Positions 1-8,704 of a stretch of DNA of 40,852 nucleotides are shown piece by piece. The DNA lies in assembly GCA_029937655.1 (NCBI GenBank), contig JAPYPK010000002.1:1-40852 (forward strand), given 5' to 3'. Position numbers and translations under genes: made by a program. This stretch comes from Nitrospinaceae bacterium (GTDB lineage Bacteria; Nitrospinota; Nitrospinia; Nitrospinales; VA-1). How positions within the stretch are numbered: the first letter of the stretch is position 1; each line of letters begins with the position of its first letter. The notes below the pieces were generated by a model that had not been told where the DNA came from, searched no databases, and saw only the letters and a program-made list of their open reading frames with translations.

Positions 1-2324
1 TCTCCATTAAAAAGATCCAACTTTAAAGCATCACTTTCATGCAAACATAAAGTGGGTGGCAAAAAGTGGTGTGCAAGCGGTGAAGAGGCATCTAGAACCT
101 TATCCTTAGAAAATAATTGCGTCGCAATTCGTAACCTCAATCCCTTTCCAGAAGAATCTATCTTTTGTATCTCTGGTGTCGATCCGTTTATATATTCGAT
201 TTTCTCACGCGTTTTACCTTCTTTCTTGATTGATTTTTTACTAATTTCATTATAACCAGGAACCATTTGGGAAAGCTCTTCCGTCACACTAAAGGAGGTG
301 AGGTATTCAATCGGTTTTTCGCTCAGACTATTAATCATTTTTGAAATTATTTTCCAGTCAGGGGAATTAGTAGTATTCAGTCCACGCTTCCTATACTGAA
401 CACGACCACCTATGTTTGTTGTTGTTCCTTCATCATAACCTGGTCCATTAGAGGGTAGGACGATATCCGCCAGAGCAGAAGTTTCAGTTTTCATCATATC
501 GTGGACCACAAGCAAGGGCAGATTTTTAAGGACTGCTTCAATCCGTTTACCCTCAGGGAAATCCACGACGGGATTACTCCTGTAGACAAGAAGCGCTTTA
601 AGTTCTCCTGACTCAGCTTTATCTATCATCTCCAGAGCTGAAAGTCCCTTGGCATCAAGGAAGGCACTATCACCCCAAATCTTCTGAACCTTATCTGAGT
701 CAGAAATAGAAACTCCTCCTGGAAAGTAATCCGGAAGAATTCCCATATCCATTGCTCCTACTGAATTGGTAAAAGGCGCTGCTGGTATCGCTCCACACTC
801 CATAGTTGGGATCTTGTTTATTACACCAAGTAAGTGCTTGAGCATAAAAATCGAATTTCCTGTAAGCGAAGCCGGATTGTAAACAACGCAAACTTTCATT
901 GCTGTACGAATAAGCTCCGCCATTTTCTTCATCTGATCTACAGCAATGCCGGATAATGATTCGTCGTTAGAGTTTACCTTAACCGCCGGAATACCTAGCT
1001 CTGCAGCAAGACTATTGGCTAAAGCTGCTAAGGCAATCCCATCCAAACCCACATCATACTTTAGTGACAAATCAGCAATCTTATCTAGGTCCGTTTTCTG
1101 GTCATTTAAAATCGCAAGTTTTACCCCCTTATGTGTAACAGCTTTTTTTATACGAAGATCAAGAATGGGAAGCTCTTCAGCTGAATCACTCCCAATTAAT
1201 AAAACTAGGTTCGCTGTTTCAATATTCAAAAAATCATAGTGGTCAACGGGCAACCCAGGGGTATCTGAATAGATTTTATGGTCTAAATTATTAGTCCTTA
1301 GCTCTAAACGAAATAGCTTGTGATAAAGATACAACTCTTCATTGGTGCCAAAAGGAGACCCGATGAAACCAATACTTTCGGGGCCATGCTCATCAGTAAC
1401 TTTTTTCAAAGATTTAGCAACCTGTATTGCTGCATCAAAAGTCTTGACGACCTTTCGTTCGCCATCGGCCAAGCTTATAGCTTCAACAATTCGATCATCA
1501 CTTTCAATGAAATCATATCCAAAGCGTGCCTTATCACAAATCCAGCCATCATCGACTAGATCATTTGGGCGGGTCTCAATACGCATAAACTCGTTCGTCC
1601 GTGAAGCGAGGGTCATATTGCAATTACAACCACAGTGAGCACACAGTGTTGCAGAATTATCCAAATCCCAGGTACGTGCTTTAAAGCGAAACTCAGTGTT
1701 GGTAAGTGCACCTACAGGACAGATATCAATGACATTACCAGAATACTTCGTAGCATAAGGTTCGTTATTAAAAGTGCCTACTTCGTTATTAAAACCACGA
1801 TTAAGCATGACTAATGCACTCTCTTGTTCAATGATATCGCTGTATCTTGTACACCGTTGACAAGCGATACAACGCTCTCGGTCAATAGTAATAACTGGGC
1901 TGAGCGGCATTGCCTTATCCTGGTTTGCTCTATCAAACTCCATGCGCGTTGTCCCCGGACCAAACTTGAATGTATTATCCTGAAGCGGACATTCCCCACC
2001 TTTATCACAAACCGGACAATCCAAAGGATGATTGAGCAATGTAAACTCTAAAACTCCTTGTTGGGCTTTTACAACCTTTGGACTTTCCGTTTTCACCACC
2101 ATATCTGGCATCACAGTCTGAGTGCAGGCCGTGGTGAGTTTAGGCATTTTCTCTACTTCGACAAGACACATCCGACAGCAACCAAATGGACCCAACTTTT
2201 CGTGATAACAAAATACCGGGATCTCTATCCCAATCTGTTTTGCAGCTTCAACCACCAGAGTGCCTTTAGGAACACTTACTGGCTGGTCGTTGATCGTTAT
2301 ATTAATATTGTTATCTTTGGACAT
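1..2324 (-). CDS. nuoG: NADH-quinone oxidoreductase subunit G (75-kDa Fe-S subunit); the 3' end runs off the window
   Basis: This ORF is absent from the ORF track because it is open at the window edge. The reverse frame starts at the ATG (cat at 2322-2324), with GAGGT 5 nt upstream. It reads MSKDNNINITINDQPVSVPKGTLVVEAAKQIGIEIPVFCYHEKLGPFGCCRMCLVEV. It contains HPLDCPVCDKGGECPLQ (reverse complement of about 1981-2030), the NuoG Fe-S cluster signature. I checked the 5' ~165 nt, the Fe-S motif region and the last 60 nt by hand, and the frame is in register and stop-free there; the rest I only translated by eye. It follows nuoF with an 8-nt gap. Confidence 0.9.
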   Translation of the reverse strand, partial: MSKDNNINITINDQPVSVPKGTLVVEAAKQIGIEIPVFCYHEKLGPFGCCRMCLVEVEKMPKLTTACTQTVMPDMVVKTESPKVVKAQQGVLEFTLLNHPLDCPVCDKGGECPLQDNTFKFGPGTTRMEFDRANQDKAMPLSPVITIDRERCIACQRCTRYSDIIEQESALVMLNRGFNNEVGTFNNEPYATKYSGNVIDICPVGALTNTEFRFKARTWDLDNSATLCAHCGCNCNMTLASRTNEFMRIETRPNDLVDDGWICDKARFGYDFIESDDRIVEAISLADGERKVVKTFDAAIQVAKSLKKVTDEHGPESIGFIGSPFGTNEELYLYHKLFRLELRTNNLDHKIYSDTPGLPVDHYDFLNIETANLVLLIGSDSAEELPILDLRIKKAVTHKGVKLAILNDQKTDLDKIADLSLKYDVGLDGIALAALANSLAAELGIPAVKVNSNDESLSGIAVDQMKKMAELIRTAMKVCVVYNPASLTGNSIFMLKHLLGVINKIPTMECGAIPAAPFTNSVGAMDMGILPDYFPGGVSISDSDKVQKIWGDSAFLDAKGLSALEMIDKAESGELKALLVYRSNPVVDFPEGKRIEAVLKNLPLLVVHDMMKTETSALADIVLPSNGPGYDEGTTTNIGGRVQYRKRGLNTTNSPDWKIISKMINSLSEKPIEYLTSFSVTEELSQMVPGYNEISKKSIKKEGKTREKIEYINGSTPEIQKIDSSGKGLRLRIATQLFSKDKVLDASSPLAHHFLPPTLCLHESDALKLDLFNG

Positions 2325-2332
2325 AATCTACC

Positions 2333-3595
2333 TCATGTTGCAACTTTGTCACCTTCAAGCTTTTTAATTAACTCGTCATAATCAGAGCGAAAGTATTTAA
2401 TACTACTCGCAACCGGACCAACAGCAGCATCACCCAAGGGACAAAAACATTTAAAACTCATGTTGTCACAAATATCTAGCAACTTATCTACTTGAGCGCC
2501 AACGCCTTCCCCTGTCTGAATCTTACCAAGAATCTGCCACATCCATCTGGTACCTTCTCTGCAAGGAGTACACTTGCCACAAGATTCGTGCATATAGAAA
2601 TACGCTAGGCGAAGTGTTACCTCAACAACATTTACCGTGTGATCCATCACAATAAGTGCACCTGAGCCAAGCATGGATCCAGCCTCTTGAAGTGACTCGT
2701 AGTCGTAACCGACATCTACTTTATCCGCGGTTAGCATAGGAACGGAAGACCCACCAGGAATAAAAGCTTTAAGACGATTGTCTTCACGAATCCCTCCTGC
2801 CAAATCAAAAATAATTTCGCGAACAGGCATCCCGAGTACAATTTCGTAGTTGCCTGGTTTTTTGACATGCCCTGATACGCTGACTAACTTGGTCCCTTTA
2901 CTTTTTTCCGTTCCGATTGCCGCATATTTCTCCCCACCTTCATTGACGATCCATGGCACAGCACAAAGGGTTTCCACGTTGTTAATAACTGTGGGTTGAC
3001 CGTACAACCCCTCTACAGCTGGAAACGGTGGTTTTAATCGTGGTTCACCGCGTCGCCCCTCAAGGGAGTTGAGCAAAGCTGACTCTTCTCCACAGATATA
3101 AGCTCCAGCACCGAGATGGGTATAAAGATCAAGATCTAACCCTGAACCCATGATATTTTTACCTAGGTATCCTTTCTTGTGTGCTTCTTCAATAGCCTTG
3201 TCCATAAGGTCCGAAGCATGTTGAAACTCACCACGAAAATAGATGTAGGCAGTTTCTATTTGGCACGCATAGCAAGTCGCAACAATTCCCTCTATGAGGA
3301 GGTGTGGATTTTTTTCAAGAAGTTCACGATCTTTACAGGTACCCGGTTCGCTTTCATCAGCATTACAAGCTAAATAACGAGGGAAAACATCTTTTGCTAG
3401 AAAACTCCATTTCAAACCCGCGGGAAACCCGGCACCGCCTCGCCCACGCAACCCGGAAGCCTTGACTATCTCTATAATCTCTTCGGGTTTTTTAGCAAAG
3501 GCTTTTTTCAAAGACTGATAGCCACCTTGTTTTTCGTAAATATCAATATTAGCAAGGCCCTTCCTATCAATATTCTTAAACAAAATCTGCATCAT
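2333..3595 (-). CDS. nuoF: NADH-quinone oxidoreductase subunit F (NADH/FMN-binding, 51-kDa)
   Basis: The 420-aa ORF carries GLRGRGGAGFPAGLKW (the FMN/NADH site) and ESCGKCTPCREG (the N3 4Fe-4S motif). It sits in operon position between nuoE and nuoG. Confidence 0.96.
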   Translation of the reverse strand: MMQILFKNIDRKGLANIDIYEKQGGYQSLKKAFAKKPEEIIEIVKASGLRGRGGAGFPAGLKWSFLAKDVFPRYLACNADESEPGTCKDRELLEKNPHLLIEGIVATCYACQIETAYIYFRGEFQHASDLMDKAIEEAHKKGYLGKNIMGSGLDLDLYTHLGAGAYICGEESALLNSLEGRRGEPRLKPPFPAVEGLYGQPTVINNVETLCAVPWIVNEGGEKYAAIGTEKSKGTKLVSVSGHVKKPGNYEIVLGMPVREIIFDLAGGIREDNRLKAFIPGGSSVPMLTADKVDVGYDYESLQEAGSMLGSGALIVMDHTVNVVEVTLRLAYFYMHESCGKCTPCREGTRWMWQILGKIQTGEGVGAQVDKLLDICDNMSFKCFCPLGDAAVGPVASSIKYFRSDYDELIKKLEGDKVAT

Positions 3596-3609
3596 AGACC
3601 CTAAGTTTT

Positions 3610-4080
3610 TTAAGGTAAAGAATCGAGAATCTGGTCAACCTTCTCTCGTGTTAGATTCTCGTAGAATGTATCGTTAATACGCATCATCGGCCCACCGCAA
3701 CAAGCAGCAAGACATTCTTCTTGATGCAAAGTAAACTTCTTATCCGTCGTTGTACCACCCACGTCCGTGCCCAGTTTCTTAGCAGTATATTTAAGTAACT
3801 CATCTGCTCCATTAAGTTGGCAGCTAATGTTGTGGCAGAAGAGAATGATGTACTTGCCTGTCGGTTGAGCGTGATACATCGTATAAAATGACATAACCGA
3901 CTGAACATAAGCTGGCGACAATTCCAATTCTTTACCAATAGCCTCCATCGCCTCGGGACTCACGTATCCATCACGTCGCTGAACAAGTGTGAGCAAGGGT
4001 AACAAAGCAGACTGTTTAACCGGATACCTACCGACTATCTTTTCTATTTTATTTTTTTCTTCTGAAGTAAACACGAACAT
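3610..4080 (-). CDS. nuoE: NADH-quinone oxidoreductase subunit E (24-kDa, 2Fe-2S)
   Basis: The 156-aa ORF has the thioredoxin-like 2Fe-2S cysteine pattern CHNISCQ...ECLAACCGGP. Its ATG overlaps the nuoD stop as ATGA (4078-4082). Confidence 0.93.
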   Translation of the reverse strand: MFVFTSEEKNKIEKIVGRYPVKQSALLPLLTLVQRRDGYVSPEAMEAIGKELELSPAYVQSVMSFYTMYHAQPTGKYIILFCHNISCQLNGADELLKYTAKKLGTDVGGTTTDKKFTLHQEECLAACCGGPMMRINDTFYENLTREKVDQILDSLP

Positions 4081-5279
4081 CAGCGATCAACCTCTCCCAT
4101 TACAATGTCTATGCTTCCTATAATACCGACAACATCAGCAATAAAACATCCCTCCATCATTTTACACATCCCTGGAATTGCCATGAATGATGGAGCCCGT
4201 AGTTTCACTCGACTAGGAACATTACTGCCATCACTAACGATGTAAAAACCGACTTCTCCACGCGGTCCTTCTATTGGAACATACGTCTCACCTTTTGGTA
4301 CTGAGACTCCCTCTGACACCAGTTTAAAGTGATGGATCAAAGCCTCCATGCTTGATTTAAGCGTTTTCCGATTCGGTAAGGATATTTTGTTATCGTCAAC
4401 CTTATAAGGACCTGCAGGTAAATTTTTGAGCGCCTGCCGAACAATCTCACGACTTTGTCTCAACTCGGCAACACGCACAAGATATCGGTCATAAATATCT
4501 CCATTTTTTCCCGTTGGCACTTCAAACTCAAAATTCTCGTACCCAGAATAAGGTCTTTGTTTACGCAAATCCCAATTGACACCCGACGCCCGAAGAACGG
4601 GACCACTCATGCTCCAGTTAATCGCTTCCTCGCGACTCATCACTCCAATATTTTGGGTACGGTCTAGCCAGATTGGGTTATGAGTCAGCAGGCGTTCGTA
4701 CTCGTCAATCTTTGCTGGGAAATATTCAACAAAGTTACGCACGCTTTGCAACCACCCGGGAGTCGAATCTTTGACAACACCGCCCAAGCGAATGTAGCTT
4801 GTCATCATTCGTACGCCCGAGATCTCCTCGTTAAGATCAAGGATCATTTCTCGCTCACGCCAGCAGTATAAGAATACTGTCATCGCACCTATGTCTAGTG
4901 CGTGAGTTGCAAGCCATACTAGATGACTAGCCATACGCGCAAGTTCGCACATAATCACGCGCAAAAACTTAGCGCGTTCAGGGACATCTGTTTGCAAAAG
5001 TTTTTCTACCGTCAAACAAAAGGCCAGATTATTTCCCGGTGGACTTAGGTAGTCAAGCCGGTCAGTCATGGGAATAACATGGACATAGCGTTTCGCCTCA
5101 GAGGTTTTTTCTATTCCCGTATGCAAAAAACCGATATGAGGCTCTGCCGAGTCCACCAACTCTCCATCCATTTCAAGAACTACACGAAAGACACCATGCG
5201 TACTCGGATGCTGAGGACCCATATTAAGGGTCATCGAATCTTTTTCCCGTTCTAGTAGGCCTTGGTCGGTAACAGTCAT
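4080..5279 (-). CDS. nuoD: NADH-quinone oxidoreductase subunit D (49-kDa)
   Basis: The 399-aa ORF contains MTLNMGPQHPSTHGVFRV and a C-terminal IIGSIDIVMGEVDR, both typical of NuoD. Confidence 0.96.
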   Translation of the reverse strand: MTVTDQGLLEREKDSMTLNMGPQHPSTHGVFRVVLEMDGELVDSAEPHIGFLHTGIEKTSEAKRYVHVIPMTDRLDYLSPPGNNLAFCLTVEKLLQTDVPERAKFLRVIMCELARMASHLVWLATHALDIGAMTVFLYCWREREMILDLNEEISGVRMMTSYIRLGGVVKDSTPGWLQSVRNFVEYFPAKIDEYERLLTHNPIWLDRTQNIGVMSREEAINWSMSGPVLRASGVNWDLRKQRPYSGYENFEFEVPTGKNGDIYDRYLVRVAELRQSREIVRQALKNLPAGPYKVDDNKISLPNRKTLKSSMEALIHHFKLVSEGVSVPKGETYVPIEGPRGEVGFYIVSDGSNVPSRVKLRAPSFMAIPGMCKMMEGCFIADVVGIIGSIDIVMGEVDR

Positions 5280-5292
5280 CGTTGCACTCTAA

Positions 5293-5823
5293 TTATCTGG
5301 TTCGTGGCTTAGACTTCACTAAATCCTGTTTAAATTCCCGGTTATGGGAAAATGTGACATCTTCTATTGTCAGTGGGTAATCCTTGCGCAAAGGGTTTCC
5401 TTCCCATTCTTCAGGCATGATTAACCGACTGAGGTTAGAGTGTCCCTTAATGTTGAACCCAAACATATCAAATAGCTCACGCTCGGGGTAAAGAGCCCCC
5501 TTCCACAAGTCCGACACCGTAGGGATGGTTGGATCTTCTTCGTCTAGGCCGACTCTAATGCGTATGGAATGATTTTTTTCGATTGAATGGAGTTCATAAA
5601 CCACCTCGAAGCGAGGTTCCCGTTCTTCATTGAGATAATCCGTTCCGGTGATGTTAGAAAGATAGTCGAAGTCCAAATCAGGATCGTTCTTGAGATATTC
5701 CGCGATGTCATGAATTCTCTCTGCCCCAACAAAGATAACCGAATCACCTAAGTTCACCTCAGAAGAATTGATGGCTTTTCCTTGATCAGTCTTGATCTTT
5801 TCGACAATCTCTTCGCTGGTCAT
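5293..5823 (-). CDS. nuoC: NADH-quinone oxidoreductase subunit C (30-kDa)
   Basis: The 176-aa ORF carries the [15 protein letters not shown] motif (ERExxDxxG). Its ATG overlaps the nuoB stop as ATGA (5820-5823). Confidence 0.93.
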   Translation of the reverse strand: MTSEEIVEKIKTDQGKAINSSEVNLGDSVIFVGAERIHDIAEYLKNDPDLDFDYLSNITGTDYLNEEREPRFEVVYELHSIEKNHSIRIRVGLDEEDPTIPTVSDLWKGALYPERELFDMFGFNIKGHSNLSRLIMPEEWEGNPLRKDYPLTIEDVTFSHNREFKQDLVKSKPRTR

Positions 5824-6404
5824 GCCACTCTCTTGGCGGCCTGTTTAGTCCCCGCTTCATTCATGATTTTTTCTTGAAGCTTTATGATGCCGTAGAGCAA
5901 AGCTTCTGGTCCTGGCGGGCAGCCTGGCACATAAACATCCACTGGTACTACACGGTCAACACCTTGCACAATTGCATAGTTATTGAAGATCCCACCACAA
6001 GACGCACAAGCTCCCATAGAAATAACCCATTTAGGTTCAGGCATTTGGTCAAAAATTGTTTTTAAGACAGGTGCCATCTTCTGCGAAACTCGACCCGAAA
6101 CGATCATTAAATCCGCTTGCCTAGGAGATGCGCGAAATACTTCAGCTCCAAAACGAGCCGCATCCCACCTGGAGTTAGCCATTGCCATCATCTCAATAGC
6201 ACAACAAGCAAGCCCAAATGTCGCTGGCCATAAGGCATTTTTCTGAGCCCACCCGATCACCTTACCCACTTTCGTTGTCAGAATACTGTCATAGATCGCA
6301 CCTGAATAATCATAATCTGCCTGATCCAAAACATCCTTCACGTTTTCTTTAACATTACTGACCCCAGTTTCTAGCAAGTCGACTGCCTGGTCAATCAATC
6401 CCAC
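5820..6404 (-). CDS. nuoB: NADH-quinone oxidoreductase subunit B (PSST, N2 cluster)
   Basis: The ORF contains [20 protein letters not shown] and VPGCPP, the N2 4Fe-4S ligand motifs. The ORF-track start at 6425 is a TTG. I prefer the GTG at 6404, which has GGAGG 6 nt upstream. Either start overlaps the end of nuoA. Confidence 0.92.
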   Translation of the reverse strand: MGLIDQAVDLLETGVSNVKENVKDVLDQADYDYSGAIYDSILTTKVGKVIGWAQKNALWPATFGLACCAIEMMAMANSRWDAARFGAEVFRASPRQADLMIVSGRVSQKMAPVLKTIFDQMPEPKWVISMGACASCGGIFNNYAIVQGVDRVVPVDVYVPGCPPGPEALLYGIIKLQEKIMNEAGTKQAAKRVA

Positions 6405-6748
6405 TCTAAACCTCCCCGCCCCCAAATGTAGACGTAAGCAATACCGAGAATAAAAATAAATACCAACATTTCGATCAATCCGAATAGTTTAAGTTGACCC
6501 AGTGACACTGCCCACGGGTACATAAACACCACCTCAATGTCGAAAATTATGAATAGCATGGCAACCGTAGCAAAGCGAACAGGATAGCGCCCTTTAGCTT
6601 CTTCCTTGGGAACCATCCCGCACTCATACGGAACTAGTTTTTGTGGAGAGGGATTTCTAGGGCCGAGGATGGTAGATAGAGCTAGCAAGGCCCCTACAAG
6701 CACCAAAGCGAAAACTGCAACCAGCGAAATGAAAAAATATTCCTGCAT
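6395..6748 (-). CDS. nuoA: NADH-quinone oxidoreductase subunit A
   Basis: The ORF has three TM segments and contains PYECGMVP and [15 protein letters not shown]. The ORF-track start at 6769 is a TTG. The ATG at 6748 gives [10 protein letters not shown] and has GGTGA about 8 nt upstream. Confidence 0.9.
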   Translation of the reverse strand: MQEYFFISLVAVFALVLVGALLALSTILGPRNPSPQKLVPYECGMVPKEEAKGRYPVRFATVAMLFIIFDIEVVFMYPWAVSLGQLKLFGLIEMLVFIFILGIAYVYIWGRGGLEWD

Positions 6749-6869
6749 AACAGATTCACCGAATGCCAAGAAAAACCCATTCCTTAGATACCCATATCGG
6801 CCCGAAATGATTATATATTATTACTTGCTTAAACCCTGCGAAAACGCTGGGGGAATCGTTAAAGCGGCG

Positions 6870-6897
6870 ATTATATCAGCCTTCCTTACCCTGTCAA
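6870..6897 (-). promoter_or_regulatory. Sigma70-type promoter of the nuo operon (TTGACA-N16-TATAAT)
   Basis: The reverse complement of 6870-6897 reads TTGACAgggtaaggaaggctgaTATAAT. Both hexamers are perfect consensus, and the element lies about 120 nt upstream of the nuoA ATG. Confidence 0.55.
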
Positions 6898-7118
6898 TAA
6901 CAACCTTGACTCAGCAGAAGCAAAGCAAATAAGCACTTGTAAAATAAGAGAAAGTTTGTTTTATGGGTTAATAATCTAAGCCAAAATCTACTGCGCTAAT
7001 TGACAGAAAAAACTACTATCCACCGTTACAATTTTGAAAAATTGAGAACGTTCAACAATAAATCAAAAGTGAAAGGGGTTGCTCCATCATTAAAGAGATA
7101 AAGCCGGATGGTGAAACA

Positions 7119-8459
7119 CTACTCCCTATACTCTAAATGCAAGCGGTAGATAAGACCAGCAAGACTGTCTTGGGTTTCTTCAGCATCGGGCCTGGCAAAA
7201 CTTATGAGTTCAAAGTAGATTGTATTTTCTCCACTTTTGAGGTACCTGCCTATATCGACAATGAAGGGATCGGGGTAGGATGCTCCCCCATAAGCTTGAT
7301 TCATGCTGGTATCGTTAATATTAAGTCGGCATTCATCGCTGGATCGCAAAAAAAGATCAGCACGGACGATATGTTCGCCACTACTATCAGAAGGCAAGTT
7401 TATTTTTAAACGGAACCTTTTTTTAGTGCCTGTTTTAATTTGCTCTAATGCTGCAGACTCGCGCACCCATACCCATTGACTCCCTTTGATACTTCGCCAG
7501 TTTTTATTCATTTTACAAATGGATGCCTTTTCCCAACTATCGGTGGCTTTTTCGTAATACTCTGTATTCGCTCCACTAGTAAACATCAAGGCTTTAGTTT
7601 GAGTGCCAAACAAGTCATCTCCGGATAGATTAAAAAACTTGCTTTCCTGCCACATAAGATCACCCATACTCTTCCAATAATCATAAATCCCATCTTTTTT
7701 GTTAGCGACAACCATGCTCGGTCGCGGCGTTGTACGACCAAGATAGGGACCTATATCAGCCACAATCTTTCCCTTCAAACTTCCTTCATCTAAGCAAATA
7801 AATGAATGCGATGGGATACAATCGTAAGTATGCACGATAAGTTTGCCTCGATCAGAATAACCGGGTTCACTATCAATCTCGTGTGAAATTTTTTGCAGCA
7901 ACATTAAAGATGTGCGAATCTCGTTTAGGAAGGTTGCCCGGCCTTGCCCCTGTCGGGTGATTATCTCAACTACATGAGAACTCGGATCCATAAGCAATAA
8001 ACGCACGTCAACTCCACTTAAAACTTTTTTCTTGAGTAATTCTGCACTGGAAGTGACTATGGAAAGAAGAGACGATCCACCTACAAATAATTCTTTGTCT
8101 ACCTGCCGAAATAAACTCTCAAAAGAAATAGACCGCCCCAACTCAGACCTGTTTTTATAAATTCCTTCTATGCCAAGACGAACAGCATCAGGATTAACAA
8201 TTTCTTCTAACGCATCTTTATACTCGCGAAAAGTCATCTCGCGAAGAAATAACTCGTAGCCCAAAGAAACGACACCAACGAGTGAAAGTAGGAGGGCAAA
8301 TTCTTTAATCGGGTGGAGCCACTCGTTCTGTGGATCTAAAAATTTTCCAGCACCAATATAAAACGCCCCACCAAAAAGAAATATAACGAGCGCTAGAAAT
8401 AAAATGCGATCGCGTACCCAGGTTTTAAGCGAAAGGTTCTCTGTAACTAACTGAGGCAT
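7119..8459 (-). CDS. Hypothetical membrane protein: 2 TM helices, a degenerate PLD/Nuc-fold-like domain and a C-terminal beta-sandwich-like domain
   Basis: The ORF is 446 aa from the ATG at 8459; the ORF-track start at 8504 is a TTG. The TM helices are ILFLALVIFLFGGAFYIGAG and FALLLSLVGVVSLGYELFL. The segment ELFVGGSSLLSIV..LLKKKVLSGVDVRLLLMDP resembles the first beta-alpha-beta unit of a PLD-fold domain. PSHSFICLDEG stands where HxK(x)4D would be. The C-terminal 170 aa are strand-rich. I do not recognise a named family. Confidence 0.75.
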   Translation of the reverse strand: MPQLVTENLSLKTWVRDRILFLALVIFLFGGAFYIGAGKFLDPQNEWLHPIKEFALLLSLVGVVSLGYELFLREMTFREYKDALEEIVNPDAVRLGIEGIYKNRSELGRSISFESLFRQVDKELFVGGSSLLSIVTSSAELLKKKVLSGVDVRLLLMDPSSHVVEIITRQGQGRATFLNEIRTSLMLLQKISHEIDSEPGYSDRGKLIVHTYDCIPSHSFICLDEGSLKGKIVADIGPYLGRTTPRPSMVVANKKDGIYDYWKSMGDLMWQESKFFNLSGDDLFGTQTKALMFTSGANTEYYEKATDSWEKASICKMNKNWRSIKGSQWVWVRESAALEQIKTGTKKRFRLKINLPSDSSGEHIVRADLFLRSSDECRLNINDTSMNQAYGGASYPDPFIVDIGRYLKSGENTIYFELISFARPDAEETQDSLAGLIYRLHLEYRE

Positions 8460-8522
8460 TAACAAACCTGTTTTATAAATCAAAAATCGGGGAAGGTAAC
8501 ACAAAACACCCTTAACAACTTG

Positions 8523-8551
8523 ATCTTACAGGAGATTGGTGAGGTTTTCAA
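8523..8551 (-). promoter_or_regulatory. Candidate promoter for the 7119-8459 gene (TTGAAA-N17-TAAGAT)
   Basis: The reverse complement reads TTGAAAacctcaccaatctcctgTAAGAT. It lies about 65 nt upstream of the ATG at 8459, inside a 200-bp AT-rich spacer. Confidence 0.4.
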
Positions 8552-8704
8552 TATAGGAAATAATATAAAACACATATAAATCACCTTCATTCAAGCACAT
8601 TGTTACATGATTAATATTTAACCGTAATTTCCTTGATCATACGAAACGAAACTGCAATATTTCTCATAACTAGCAATTTACTTTTCTGCCCTTCTGCCTC
8701 TTTT

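Noticed and set aside
52-2381. A cluster of short plus- and minus-strand ORFs from the ORF track (52..255, 946..1239, 1342..1638, 1824..2051, 2058..2381 and others).
   Set aside because: They are shadow ORFs inside nuoG. The real gene is the long minus-strand frame, which is open to the window edge and contains the NuoG motif HPLDCPVCDKGGECPLQ.
6404-6425. The TTG start at 6425 for nuoB given by the ORF track, and similar TTG-extended starts at 6769, 8504, 11790, 17449, 18823, 29439, 33525, 35400 and 40736.
   Set aside because: In each case a downstream ATG or GTG has better SD spacing, or yields a sensible N-terminus or signal peptide. The longest-ORF starts were not adopted.
6606-6932. A 108-aa plus-strand ORF overlapping nuoA and its promoter region.
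   Set aside because: It is antisense to a well-supported nuoA and runs through the TTGACA/TATAAT promoter. Its composition is low-complexity and it has no SD.
7042-7056. The near-palindrome TTGAGAACGTTCAA containing GAACGTTC, between the 446-aa gene's stop and the nuo promoter.
   Set aside because: It resembles half-sites of the Cheo box, but it has no N4 spacer and is not next to a damage-response gene. As an isolated 8-bp palindrome in AT-rich DNA it is within chance expectation.
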